From the IMG/VR virus record IMGVR_UViG_3300047445_000186, positions 267,777 to 331,776 of that record: a DNA stretch of 64,000 nucleotides. One strand, given 5' to 3'. The notes beneath the pieces were generated by a model. That model worked only from the letters and a program-made list of their open reading frames with translations. It did not search any database and was not told where the DNA came from. A program made the translations under genes and the position numbers. Of this stretch, positions 9,421-19,024 are shown in pieces (within the stretch, counting starts at the first letter, position 1; each line of letters opens with the position of its first letter).

Positions 9421-9649
9421 GGAAGTGCACGCCCAAGTTCTTGGCGCGTTGCAAGCTCAGTACGATCTAGCACACGACGCGAACGGGTTCGAATTCCACG
9501 CGCTTGTGCGGAAAGACAAGAAGATCTCGCATGTTCTCAAGGGCGTCGCGGAAACTCCACAAGATGCGTTGTTCATGCTGGCGAGCGCAGGCTCGTTTAT
9601 GTATGAGACGTCACACACTATTTTGCCAATCGTAAATGTCAGCAGCTAA
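9404..9649 (+). CDS. Hypothetical protein
   Basis: Short ORF between DsbA-like gene and polymerase. Confidence 0.55.
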   Translation: MATMIEEVHAQVLGALQAQYDLAHDANGFEFHALVRKDKKISHVLKGVAETPQDALFMLASAGSFMYETSHTILPIVNVSS

Positions 9650-12440
9650 CTCATACATCAGCGCCGTTCAAGACTACGACTCAGATAAGATCCTTATCTG
9701 GGAGCGTCCGATTGAGGGCGGGGATCGAGTTCTGCGGATGATCGATCCACCACGGTACTTCTACGTTCCAGACGAGAACGGGTCGTACACGGGGATCGAT
9801 GGTGTGAAACTGAAGAAGCTCGTGTTCGACTCTGAAGACGAGATGAACGCGGCAATCAAGAGCAATTACAAACGATACGAGAGCGACGTGCGTCCTCTCG
9901 CTCGTGCTCTGATGGACGAGTATTACGGTCGGCCAACGCCGATCATTCACTTCGCGTTCCTCGACATTGAAGTCGATTACTCGTCGAAGCTCGGCTTCAG
10001 CTCACCAGAAAATCCGTACGCACCGATCAACGCAATCACGATCTATCAGTCGTGGACTCAGAAATATCTGACGTACGCGGTCCCTCCAAAGGGTTACAAG
10101 GACCAAGAGAACTTCCAAGCGAAGATCAAGGCGATGTGGGAAGAGCACAAGCTTGGCTTCGAGCCGAACGTGGTGCTCTGCAACAGCGAACGCGATCTGC
10201 TTCTGTACATGCTCGGCGATCTGGAAGATGCCGACATCATCAGCGGTTGGAACTCCGAGTTCTTCGACTTGCCGTACATTGTGAAGCGCCTTGAGCGAGT
10301 CCTCGGCAAGAAGGCGCCTGCGCATCTGTGCTTCAAGGGTGCTGGTGCGCCTAGAGAACGGCAAGTGAATCGTTTCGGTTCGCCTGCGATCGTGTTCCAA
10401 CTGAAGGGCCGCTCGCATCTGGACTACTTGGATCTGTTCAAGAAGTTCACGTTCGAAGGCCGGACCTCGTATTCCTTGGGGAACATTGCAGCAGAAGAAC
10501 TTGACGTTCCGAAGCTGGATTACGACGGCACTCTCGAGCAGTTGTACAACAACGACTTCGTTCACTTCGTCACGTACAACGCACGAGACGTTGAAGTGCT
10601 TGTGAAGCTCGACGTGAAGTACAAATTCATGCAGCTCGTGAATCAGATGGCGCATGAGAACACCGTGCCATTCGAAGCGATTCTCGGCACGGTGCGATAC
10701 GTTGAGACTGGGATCATGAACCGTGCGCACCACGTGCATAATCTGATCGCCACGAACAAGGTGAACGTCCAGAAGGACAATGAGAAGGTCGAAGGAGCGA
10801 TCGTGATGACCCCACTCGCGGGTCTGTGGGAATGGTTGGCATCAGTGGACATCACGTCACTGTACCCGTCCGTTATCCGCGCGCTGAACATGTCGATCGA
10901 AACGTTCATTGGTCAGTTCTACGACGAAGAGCGTGCATGGCGTGGTATCACGAACATGGACGACAACGTCTGGTCGCTCGCGAGTCGAGACGGCGATCTG
11001 GAAATGACTGGTGCCCAGTGGCACGCTCTGATCCGTCAGAAGAACTGGGCGCTCTCGGCGTTCGGCACTGTGTTCGATCAGTCGAAGCCAGGGATGGTCG
11101 CTGATACCCTCACGTTCTGGTTTGCTGAACGTAAGCGTCTCCAAGCAGAGAAGAAGAAGTACGGTAAGCTTGCAAAGGCCGAGACCGATCCAGTGAAGAA
11201 GCTCGAGTACGAGAAGCTCGAGGAACAGTACGACCTGTTGCAGCTCACGAAGAAGATTCAGTTGAACTCGACTTATGGTGCCTTGCTGAACGAAGCATTC
11301 CGCTTTGGCCGGCGAGAAATCGGTGCATCAGTTACGGGTACGGGCCGTCAGATCACTCTGCACATGGCGCAGACTATCGGTGAGTTGATCACTGGCGCTC
11401 CAGTGAAGATGGAGAAGCGGTACGCTGCGACTAAGGCTGGAAAGCACGTCGCTGGTGAACTGATTTCGAGAGCGCGCCGCGATTCGAACTGGGCGTTCCT
11501 TGAGGAACTCTCAGAGAAGCCAGTGACGTTCCTTGACAAGAACGACGAAGATGCTGAAGTGTCGGGTGCAGTGTACTGGACGCAAACGCCAGAGATCATT
11601 TACGGCGACACTGACTCGTGTTACTTCATGACGAACGGCACGGATTACGACTCGGCTGTAGAGCTCGCAGACGCGATCGCATCGGAAACGAATGCGTCGT
11701 TCCCAGAGTTCATGGCTCGCTCGTTCAATTGCACTGATGGTCGTGAAACACTGATCAAGGCAGCTCGTGAAGTCGTCGCTGAGCGTGGAGTGTTCTTGCT
11801 TGCAAAGAAGAAGTACACGTTGAAGGTCGTGAATCTCGAGGGTGCCGATCTGCGCGAGAAGCCGAAGCAGAAGTCGATGGGTTCTGAAATCAAGAAGGCC
11901 GACACACCGAAGCCGGTGCAGGAATTCTTGAAGAACATGATGAACCTTGTGCTTGACGGCAAGGAGTACGCAGAGCTTGAGACGTACGTGAACGCGCATC
12001 GTGGTTCTCTGATCCACAAGACGAATGACCTATTGGCTCTTGGTTCCGCGAAGCAGATCAACAACTTGGATGCGCTGTACGCCGAATGGCAGCGCACAGA
12101 GAAGATCGGTCGCGGTAAGTGCAAGCTTCCAGGTCACGTGCGAGCAGCGGTGAACTACAACGAGCTTATCCTCGCGTACGACGAAGGCGCAAAGAGTCTT
12201 CGAGCTGGTGACAAGGGCGTGATCTTCTATCTGCGGAAGAACCCGTACAACTTCAATTCGATCGCGTTCCCAGCAGATGCGATGCGTCTTCCTGAATGGT
12301 TCGTTGAGAACTTCCAGGTTGACATGAAGAAGACTGAAGAGAAGCTGATTGACAACAAGATCGAGGGTATCTTTGATGCACTTGGTTTTGATCTCCCAAC
12401 CCCGCAGACTGCGTTCTTGAACACGGTTTTCACGTTCTGA
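9636..12440 (+). CDS. Family B DNA polymerase (T4 gp43-like)
   Basis: Exonuclease motifs DIE, GWNSEFFDLPY, YNARDV; polymerase motifs DITSLYPS, KIQLNSTYG, YGDTDS, KKKY. Confidence 0.98.
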   Translation: MSAANSYISAVQDYDSDKILIWERPIEGGDRVLRMIDPPRYFYVPDENGSYTGIDGVKLKKLVFDSEDEMNAAIKSNYKRYESDVRPLARALMDEYYGRPTPIIHFAFLDIEVDYSSKLGFSSPENPYAPINAITIYQSWTQKYLTYAVPPKGYKDQENFQAKIKAMWEEHKLGFEPNVVLCNSERDLLLYMLGDLEDADIISGWNSEFFDLPYIVKRLERVLGKKAPAHLCFKGAGAPRERQVNRFGSPAIVFQLKGRSHLDYLDLFKKFTFEGRTSYSLGNIAAEELDVPKLDYDGTLEQLYNNDFVHFVTYNARDVEVLVKLDVKYKFMQLVNQMAHENTVPFEAILGTVRYVETGIMNRAHHVHNLIATNKVNVQKDNEKVEGAIVMTPLAGLWEWLASVDITSLYPSVIRALNMSIETFIGQFYDEERAWRGITNMDDNVWSLASRDGDLEMTGAQWHALIRQKNWALSAFGTVFDQSKPGMVADTLTFWFAERKRLQAEKKKYGKLAKAETDPVKKLEYEKLEEQYDLLQLTKKIQLNSTYGALLNEAFRFGRREIGASVTGTGRQITLHMAQTIGELITGAPVKMEKRYAATKAGKHVAGELISRARRDSNWAFLEELSEKPVTFLDKNDEDAEVSGAVYWTQTPEIIYGDTDSCYFMTNGTDYDSAVELADAIASETNASFPEFMARSFNCTDGRETLIKAAREVVAERGVFLLAKKKYTLKVVNLEGADLREKPKQKSMGSEIKKADTPKPVQEFLKNMMNLVLDGKEYAELETYVNAHRGSLIHKTNDLLALGSAKQINNLDALYAEWQRTEKIGRGKCKLPGHVRAAVNYNELILAYDEGAKSLRAGDKGVIFYLRKNPYNFNSIAFPADAMRLPEWFVENFQVDMKKTEEKLIDNKIEGIFDALGFDLPTPQTAFLNTVFTF

Positions 12441-12453
12441 TCTGCACAATTTT

Positions 12454-12463
12454 CGTTACAATT
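12454..12463 (+). promoter_or_regulatory. Middle-type promoter CGTTACAATT (leaderless)
   Basis: TACAAT ends 6 nt before ATG 12469; no SD. Confidence 0.65.
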
Positions 12464-12468
12464 AGACT

Positions 12469-12765
12469 ATGAAATTTATTGCCACTTTGTCTGACGGGAC
12501 AACTCACGAGGTTGAGTTCGTGAATGAGCCCGGAATCACGTTCGAGTCGGTCGAAATCGTGACTCCAAACGGAATTGGGTACATCGCAGGTGCCCAGACA
12601 TGGAACAAGCTCCAATCGCTCGTGCCTCTCGACGCGCTGATCAACGGACTGCCATTCACCTTGGCTACCGCTGCTGGCGAGACGAAGCACTTCCTGTTGG
12701 AAGACTGCTATGTTCTCGCTGACAAGCTCACGGTGTACGTGCGGTTCGGTAAGCAGGTGTTCTGA
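12469..12765 (+). CDS. Hypothetical protein
   Basis: ORF after promoter, coupled to next gene. Confidence 0.65.
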   Translation: MKFIATLSDGTTHEVEFVNEPGITFESVEIVTPNGIGYIAGAQTWNKLQSLVPLDALINGLPFTLATAAGETKHFLLEDCYVLADKLTVYVRFGKQVF

Positions 12766-13493
12766 TGCGACTCACAGGAACTGATGTTCAAAAGCTGCGA
12801 TCGGCTATGCAGGCCTGCCGTCTGGCTGACATCGATCTTGCTGTGATCTCCGAAGGGAAGATCCGCGGTCTGAGCGAAAGCAAGAACGCCGCGATCTTCT
12901 CCGAGCTTGAGCTCTCAATCGACGCAGATATCAAGATGGGCATCACCCGTCTGTCTGAGTTCGAGAAGCGGCTCTCGCTGTTCGGCGATGACATCCTGAT
13001 CGAAGGCGAGCTGAACGCCGACAAGAAGGTCAAGAAGCTCACGATCAAGGGCAAGGCCGGCAAGATCGAATTCCGCTGCACCGACATCGCGCTGCTGGAA
13101 CGCAAGTACCCGAAGACGCACAACGAAGAAGTCGGCACGGTCATTACGATCTCGAAGCCTGAAGTCTCGTTGATCTCAAAGGGTGTGAAGACTCTGGGTG
13201 CAGAGCAAGTCACGCTCCAAGTGAAGCGCGATGGACACGTGCACGTTGAAGGTATTGACAGCTCGAACGATCGGTTCGAGACTGAACTGGAAACGGCTGC
13301 TGAGTTCGTCGATGAGGATCCGCTACCGTCTGTGAACTCGTACGCGAGCACGACTTCAGGCGTGTTCCTGAAGGTCCTTGATCACTCTGTTCGCGATGCA
13401 GACAGTGTGCAACTCATGATGATGAAGTCGGGTAACCTTGGCATGAAAGCCTATGGTCACGATCTTCTGATCATTCCACGAATCGAAATTTAA
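12765..13493 (+). CDS. Sliding clamp (gp45/PCNA-like)
   Basis: 242 aa, two-domain alpha/beta pattern with MGITRLSEF and a central proline connector; near polymerase. Confidence 0.65.
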   Translation: MRLTGTDVQKLRSAMQACRLADIDLAVISEGKIRGLSESKNAAIFSELELSIDADIKMGITRLSEFEKRLSLFGDDILIEGELNADKKVKKLTIKGKAGKIEFRCTDIALLERKYPKTHNEEVGTVITISKPEVSLISKGVKTLGAEQVTLQVKRDGHVHVEGIDSSNDRFETELETAAEFVDEDPLPSVNSYASTTSGVFLKVLDHSVRDADSVQLMMMKSGNLGMKAYGHDLLIIPRIEI

Positions 13494-13504
13494 GAGGTAC
13501 ACAA

Positions 13505-13867
13505 ATGGATGATATTGAAAAGGGCCGCGTCTCGTACGTGCAAGAGCTGGAAGTGAAGATGAAGCACCTCCAAGCAGAACACGATCGATTCAAGCGGATC
13601 GCCGACAAGTGGGAACCGCGTCTGACCGTCGTGATCGATCCGAAGACGCAGAAGACCACGTTCGGTCTGGCGTTCGGCGGGAAGAAGATGCAAGCGACTG
13701 TCGGCTCTGACTTCCTTGCGCAGATGGACGCCACCGGTATCACCACGCAACTCGCTGACACGTTCTACGAGAACCTGGTCTCTGAACATCTGAAGACGAT
13801 CATTCGCCCAGAAGTCGAGCGCGTTCAGAAGGGTGCGATCTCGGTTGAAGGTGCAGGCAAATGGTGA
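13505..13867 (+). CDS. Hypothetical protein
   Basis: SD AGAGG upstream. Confidence 0.7.
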   Translation: MDDIEKGRVSYVQELEVKMKHLQAEHDRFKRIADKWEPRLTVVIDPKTQKTTFGLAFGGKKMQATVGSDFLAQMDATGITTQLADTFYENLVSEHLKTIIRPEVERVQKGAISVEGAGKW

Positions 13868-14217
13868 AATGGCTGAAGAGCCTTTTCGGCTCTAAGCCCG
13901 CTGAGGTCGAGGTCTTTGCTGAGCGACACAAGTTCGTCGAAGAGCAACAGGCCTTGAGCACACCGTGGGCGATGTTCGAGGTCACTGGCTTCGAAGATGA
14001 CGGGCGTGTAAAGGTTGAATTCAATTGGAACAAGCCGTTCATCAATGTGATGGACCAGCTCGGCTTCACGGCCGAGACTGAAGAAGACACGGTTCAACTG
14101 TTCTTCTACGCCAGCCAAATGAAGCCGACGTCGCTAGAGCTCGCCGGTGGTGACGAAACTGTTCAGTCAGAAGATCTACCACAGCTCAGCGCGAACACAA
14201 ACCGGATGGTGTCCTGA
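13861..14217 (+). CDS. Hypothetical protein upstream of RNase H
   Basis: VKVEFNWNKPFI..LGF motif; operon context. Confidence 0.65.
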   Translation: MVKWLKSLFGSKPAEVEVFAERHKFVEEQQALSTPWAMFEVTGFEDDGRVKVEFNWNKPFINVMDQLGFTAETEEDTVQLFFYASQMKPTSLELAGGDETVQSEDLPQLSANTNRMVS

Positions 14218-14228
14218 GGACCTGACCT

Positions 14229-15272
14229 ATGAAACAGAAGCGACTCGTCGTAGACATTGGAAATCTTTTCTGGAGGTCCGTCTCTGCTCAGCAGAAATAC
14301 GGTCCAGCAGACGCAAGTGACAGCGCAGGTCTCGGCCTGCACATGAGCCTGATGTCGCTCCGCAAGCACTACAACAACATCAAGCCGCAGAAGATTGCGG
14401 TCGTGTTCGAAGGTAAGGCGAACTGGCGTAAAGAGTACACGAAGTCCGAGGAATGTTACTCGAAGCGTCTGTACAAAGGCAATCGAGTTGCTGACCCGAA
14501 GATGGCTGTTCTGTTCGACGTGATCAAGTCGTTCGAAGACCTGGCCAGGAATCACACGAGCCTGACGACTCTGTCGCATCCAAAGCTCGAAGGCGATGAC
14601 CTGATCAGTGGGTACGCTCGGCACTTTGCCGCTCAAGGCGATGAAGTCGTGATCCTCTCGGGTGACAAGGACTTCGTGCAGGATCTTGACGATCCATTGA
14701 TCACACTCCTGAACCCTGACACTGGCAAGCCACGCACTCTGACTGACGTCTGTGGTGTCGATGATGCAGGGTACTTCATGTTCGAGAAGGCATTCCGCGG
14801 CGACGGTGGTGACAACGTTCTGCCAGCATTCCCTCGCGTTCGAAAGACTCGACTGCACAAGGCGTACGGTGTGAAGGACGGCAAGGTTGACGCAGCTCTG
14901 GCTGATGCGTTCGAACTGAGCAATCTGTTCGGCAGCACTTGGGACTTCCTTGACCCTGACACTGGTGACAAGCGAGTGATGTCGGTCGAGAAGATGTTCG
15001 AAGAGAACAATCTTCTGATGAACCTTCGCATGCAGCCTGATTACGTTCGTGATCTGATCACGGAAACGATCACGCATGAGAGTGAGAATCACGGGCAGTT
15101 CAACTTCTTCAAGTTCAATGCTTTCCTCGGGAAGTACAAGCTGGTTGAGATTGCTGAACGCGCATCTGACTTCGTTGGTCTGTTCAGTGGTAAGGGGTTC
15201 GCAGCTCATGACCCAACTGTTCAGGTAGCAGCACAAAAGCCTGTACGTTCGCTCGGCGGACTGCAGTTCTGA
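14229..15272 (+). CDS. rnh: T4 RNase H-like 5'-3' exonuclease (FEN family)
   Basis: VVD.GN, YKGNR, LEGDDLI, SGDKDFVQ, RGDGGDNV. Confidence 0.93.
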   Translation: MKQKRLVVDIGNLFWRSVSAQQKYGPADASDSAGLGLHMSLMSLRKHYNNIKPQKIAVVFEGKANWRKEYTKSEECYSKRLYKGNRVADPKMAVLFDVIKSFEDLARNHTSLTTLSHPKLEGDDLISGYARHFAAQGDEVVILSGDKDFVQDLDDPLITLLNPDTGKPRTLTDVCGVDDAGYFMFEKAFRGDGGDNVLPAFPRVRKTRLHKAYGVKDGKVDAALADAFELSNLFGSTWDFLDPDTGDKRVMSVEKMFEENNLLMNLRMQPDYVRDLITETITHESENHGQFNFFKFNAFLGKYKLVEIAERASDFVGLFSGKGFAAHDPTVQVAAQKPVRSLGGLQF

Positions 15273-15274
15273 TC

Positions 15275-15535
15275 ATGGAAATCCTAATCGAATCTCTTGG
15301 TTGGTTGGGATCTCTATTCCTTGCGATCTGTGGCTTCCCACAAGCGTGGATGTCATTCAAGCAAGGACACTCGGACGGAGTGAGTAATGGTCTGCTGTTC
15401 TTCTGGGGCGGCGGAGAATTGCTCACTCTGTTCTACGTGCTATCCCTCGGGAACGCACCACTGATCATGAACTACGTTTGCAACATGGTCTCCATGAGTG
15501 TGATTATCTGGTACAAGTTTAGGCCGAGAAAATGA
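15275..15535 (+). CDS. PQ-loop / SemiSWEET-like 3-TM membrane protein
   Basis: LGWLGSLFLAICGFPQ...GVS; three hydrophobic helices in 86 aa. Confidence 0.8.
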   Translation: MEILIESLGWLGSLFLAICGFPQAWMSFKQGHSDGVSNGLLFFWGGGELLTLFYVLSLGNAPLIMNYVCNMVSMSVIIWYKFRPRK

Positions 15536-15909
15536 TTGCAGTTGGCGATAAAGTAATTGCGAAGATCGACATCACGCAAGGTGCTGATGAAGACGGGCCT
15601 GCCCAAGTGTTCGCCACGAAGGGCACGCCTCTCGTGGTCAGGCGAATCGGTCAGCAGTGTCTGCACGTATCGCACGAGGACATTACTGATCAGTCGTTCA
15701 GGGTGTTCGACGGCGAAGTGATTGATTTTCTGCCTGATGGGAAACTTACATACGCAGTCACGGTCCAGAAGTGGGAACGAGTTGCGAAGATCATTCGCGA
15801 ATTCAAGAAGAAGAAACACGTTGGATACTTCCTGGACGTGGAAGAGCTGCCATCATCGGTGTCTCCTGAGTTCGCTTATTACCGGGTCTGGGTGTACAAG
15901 GAAGCGTAA
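15532..15909 (+). CDS. Hypothetical protein
   Basis: Coupled ORF. Confidence 0.6.
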   Translation: MIAVGDKVIAKIDITQGADEDGPAQVFATKGTPLVVRRIGQQCLHVSHEDITDQSFRVFDGEVIDFLPDGKLTYAVTVQKWERVAKIIREFKKKKHVGYFLDVEELPSSVSPEFAYYRVWVYKEA

Positions 15910-15934
15910 ATACAATCTTGAACTGAAGGATTGT
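15907..15934 (+). promoter_or_regulatory. Late promoter TAAATA plus RBS-sequestering hairpin
   Basis: TAAATA 15907-15912; ACAATCTT pairs with AGGATTGT, which contains the SD. Confidence 0.7.
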
Positions 15935-15935
15935 T

Positions 15936-16820
15936 ATGCGTCTCGACGAACTCGCCGGTGTAAAGAAATTCCAGCGACTACAGTGGCATCAAATCACGCG
16001 TCTGCTTGATCGGAAATTCGGCATCAAATACATTGGTGGCGGAAAGTACGGTCAGGTTTTCACGCACCCGGGCTGGGACTACGTCGTGAAGATCATGGAG
16101 CGCGAGGACCCGAACTATCTGGAGTTCGTTGACTTCGCGCTGAAGCATCCAGACAAGCATTATCCGAAGATCATCAAGAAGCCTTTCATGATGCACGCTT
16201 TTCACAAGCGTGAACGCAGCCAGAAGTACCAACGTCTGACTGTCCTGAAGATCGAGAAGCTTCTCCCGATCGAGAAGAACAAGCTTGACTTCATTGTTCA
16301 GAACCTGGATCAATACGCCAGCATCGTCACTCGGTACAAGAACAACGAGTACAAGCACGAGAAGAACCAAGAGGCGTACACGCAAAAGCATCCACACCAC
16401 ACGAAGGTCTTGCCTGACGGCACAAGTGAACAGAACCTGTCGTACAAGGACATCTTCGATCGGTACCCATGGTTCGAGGATCTGTGCTGGGCATTCCGCC
16501 GGATCATGGACAACTCGGAGTACGGGTCGGCCGATATCCATGGTGGGAACTTCATGGAGCGGAAAGACGGCACCGTCGTGATCATCGATCCGCTGTGGGA
16601 AGGATACAACTTCGAAGCTGCTGCATGGCAGGCCGAGATGGCTGAACGCGGCGACTACTGGGGCGACTACGAAGAGCACATCCCAATGGTCAGCGGCCCC
16701 GGGTATGACAGTGCACGCAAGCGTGAAGAACAAGAAGCGCTCGAGAAGAAGGAAGCCGAAAAGGCGGCCAGGATTGCTGGCGTGTTCGCGCACAATTTCG
16801 ACGACGATATTCCGTTCTGA
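15936..16820 (+). CDS. Protein-kinase-like (ePK/APH fold) protein, late, with putative capsid-targeting N-terminus
   Basis: IGGGKYGQVF Gly loop, YVVKI, DIHGGNFM catalytic loop, VIIDP; starts MRLDE. Confidence 0.85.
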   Translation: MRLDELAGVKKFQRLQWHQITRLLDRKFGIKYIGGGKYGQVFTHPGWDYVVKIMEREDPNYLEFVDFALKHPDKHYPKIIKKPFMMHAFHKRERSQKYQRLTVLKIEKLLPIEKNKLDFIVQNLDQYASIVTRYKNNEYKHEKNQEAYTQKHPHHTKVLPDGTSEQNLSYKDIFDRYPWFEDLCWAFRRIMDNSEYGSADIHGGNFMERKDGTVVIIDPLWEGYNFEAAAWQAEMAERGDYWGDYEEHIPMVSGPGYDSARKREEQEALEKKEAEKAARIAGVFAHNFDDDIPF

Positions 16821-16920
16821 CCGGCCGGAACTGCTAAATACTTTGCACGCACCTCTGTGCGTTCTAAAGGGTTCGGAGAAGCATTCAGCTTATCCGGTAA
16901 ATCGTTGAACGATTACCCAC

Positions 16921-17370
16921 ATGCCTAGTAAGGAGATTCACATGGCAGCAGCAAAGATTGAAAAGCGCGGTACCGACCTCAAGCACGTGTTCCTGATTGA
17001 CTGGAACGACGATGGTATCTTGAAGGAAATCGCCGTTGTAAACGAACAGGCAGATGGCACTCTCTTCGGTATCGAAGTTGACCGACTCCATCCAATCGAC
17101 AAAGCCCGCCTGAAGAAGGTCATCACATCCGTTCACGCTGACAAGTACGCCCTCTGGGAACTTCTGTCGCAAGGTCGTCTGAACAACGGCATGAACGCTC
17201 TGGACTTCTTCCACGCGAACTATGTCAAGGTCAAGCGTCCAAAGGGTGCGATGATCGGTGGTGGTCTTGCTTCGATCGAGGTTGATCTCGACGACGGCCG
17301 CATGATTGGCTCCAGCTTCTCGAACCCACTGGGTGCGACGGTAGCTAGCGAAGTGCCAGCAATGCGCTAA
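16921..17370 (+). CDS. Late hypothetical protein (likely start 16942)
   Basis: TAAATA at 16835-16840; strong SD TAAGGAG before MAAAK. Confidence 0.75.
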   Translation: MPSKEIHMAAAKIEKRGTDLKHVFLIDWNDDGILKEIAVVNEQADGTLFGIEVDRLHPIDKARLKKVITSVHADKYALWELLSQGRLNNGMNALDFFHANYVKVKRPKGAMIGGGLASIEVDLDDGRMIGSSFSNPLGATVASEVPAMR

Positions 17371-17393
17371 CCTGATCCCGAAATCAGGCTAAG

Positions 17394-17416
17394 AAGGGGT
17401 CGCTATGCGACCCCTT
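17394..17416 (+). terminator. Rho-independent terminator
   Basis: AAGGGGTCGC-TAT-GCGACCCCTT followed by a T-rich tract. Confidence 0.8.
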
Positions 17417-17530
17417 TGTGTTTTAGAATCACAGTTCTAACAAACTTAGGAGATGCCAGGCAATACACATCGGCTCGTATAATGAGTCACCACCTGAAAC
17501 TACGGTGAGCAATCACCCAACTCTAAAGGA

Positions 17531-18178
17531 GTGCACCACATGTACAAGACCCTTGCGGCGCTCGGCGTCGTTCTAGCTCTTGTTTCCTCAGCCGCCTATC
17601 AAATGGTCGGCCTTCTCCCTGAGCCAAAGGCCAATACGGTCCTGGCTGAGAAGTCATCTGTTATCCTCGGTGGTCAGGCCGCCGTTCTAGTCCCCGACAA
17701 TCTGTCGACGAGTCAGTACCAAGTGCTGAACACGGCGTACCAGATTGCAAAAGCGGATGGACACAAAAACCCTGAACTTGTTCAGGGGATTCTGCTCCAA
17801 GAATCCAAAGCCGGTGCGATGAACTCGTACAAGGTCGCCGGGAATAAAGGCGACGAATACTACGGCCTCGGCCAGATCAAGCTTGCGGCCACACGCGACG
17901 TGATGGCGACCTTCCCCGCTCTGTGGGCGAAATACAAGTTCCAAACGAAAACCGACGACGAGCTGAAAGCGAATCTGATCTTGAACCAGACGTTCAACAT
18001 CGAGATCACGTCGAAGTACCTTAAGATGTTACAGGAGCGATACGGTCTTTCCGGCCGGCAACTCGTGAATGCTTATAATCGTGGTCCAGGCGGCGTGAAG
18101 AACGTGGACTCCTCGTTCCATTACGCCATTGGTGTCGAAAAGAACATCGCGAACATGCGAAAGAAGAAGGACAGTTAA
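17531..18178 (+). CDS. Lytic transglycosylase (SLT/lysozyme-like) with N-terminal signal/SAR-like helix
   Basis: ILLQES catalytic Glu, YGLGQI, AYNRGPG; hydrophobic N-terminus; TATAAT at ~17478. Confidence 0.85.
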   Translation: MHHMYKTLAALGVVLALVSSAAYQMVGLLPEPKANTVLAEKSSVILGGQAAVLVPDNLSTSQYQVLNTAYQIAKADGHKNPELVQGILLQESKAGAMNSYKVAGNKGDEYYGLGQIKLAATRDVMATFPALWAKYKFQTKTDDELKANLILNQTFNIEITSKYLKMLQERYGLSGRQLVNAYNRGPGGVKNVDSSFHYAIGVEKNIANMRKKKDS

Positions 18179-18612
18179 TGCCAGCAAAACTGAGACCGAG
18201 GTTGATCATGCAGGACTCGTGCTGCGTTTGCGGCAGCGAGAACATCGAGACGGTCGTGAGCGATCGCTCGTCATGGGGAAAGGTTCGCCTCGGTTGCCAG
18301 CACACTCGGTGCAACGACTGCGGCTTTGAAGCTACGAGCGGCGAGCAGAGCGCGTACAACGATAAGTGCGAGGTCGTTGAGATCTGCGGACCGTTCAAGC
18401 CGATCGAGATCGGCACCGTGCACAACGCGAACGCGTACTTCGATTGGAGCTGGTTAGGATGCGGCTTCGGCCAGCTCTCGTTCAGCAAGGACAAGGAAAC
18501 TGGCGAGCTAACATGCATGAACGAGTGCATGGGTCGCGAGGCGGTCCGGAAGCTGCTGCACGCGTTCGCTGATCACTTGGCAGACAACGTTCGTCTTCTC
18601 GACGAGCGGTGA
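18178..18612 (+). CDS. Zn-ribbon-containing hypothetical protein
   Basis: CCVC...CNDC; WLGCGFGQLSF..NECMGRE C-terminal domain. Confidence 0.6.
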   Translation: MPAKLRPRLIMQDSCCVCGSENIETVVSDRSSWGKVRLGCQHTRCNDCGFEATSGEQSAYNDKCEVVEICGPFKPIEIGTVHNANAYFDWSWLGCGFGQLSFSKDKETGELTCMNECMGREAVRKLLHAFADHLADNVRLLDER

Positions 18613-18724
18613 ATATAGAGGCATTAGATGGCAAATAGCGCGCACAAAGTTCCTGGGGACGTTCTGACCCGCGTCCTCGTTGCAGTGGTGATCGGTATCT
18701 GGTGCTTCGTGCTCTACCGAGCTT

Positions 18725-18793
18725 TGTAACAGATTCCTGCGCCGTTACAGATTGACCCGGCGGATGTTGTACAATCACCCATCGACAACGAAA
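18725..18793 (+). promoter_or_regulatory. Early promoter module (TGTAAC..GTTACAGATT..GGATGTTGTACAAT..CCATCGAC)
   Basis: Closely related modules at 38989-39062 and 62738-62796, each before a small-ORF cluster. Confidence 0.75.
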
Positions 18794-18804
18794 CGGAGTA
18801 CAGC

Positions 18805-19023
18805 ATGAACGGAACCGCAGCAAAGTTTGTTCGCTTCGAGCGCAAGAACGGGAAGCTCGCCCTCGTGTACGATGTGATGAACAAGACCGGTGAATATGTG
18901 ATGGCACAGTTCACCACGTCCCCGCAGTTCCGCTCGATCGGAGCAGCTCGGAAAGCGATCGTCCGCGTCGATGCAGCGCTCGCCAAGACCGGCGCTTTCC
19001 CGAACTGCTGCGCCTGGTTCTGA
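18805..19023 (+). CDS. Early small hypothetical protein
   Basis: SD GGAG; first gene after early promoter. Confidence 0.7.
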   Translation: MNGTAAKFVRFERKNGKLALVYDVMNKTGEYVMAQFTTSPQFRSIGAARKAIVRVDAALAKTGAFPNCCAWF

Positions 19024-19024
19024 A

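Noticed and set aside
11390-11590. Intein or intron in DNA polymerase
   Set aside because: The ~60-aa insert before YGDTDS lacks intein termini (C...HN) and the frame is uninterrupted
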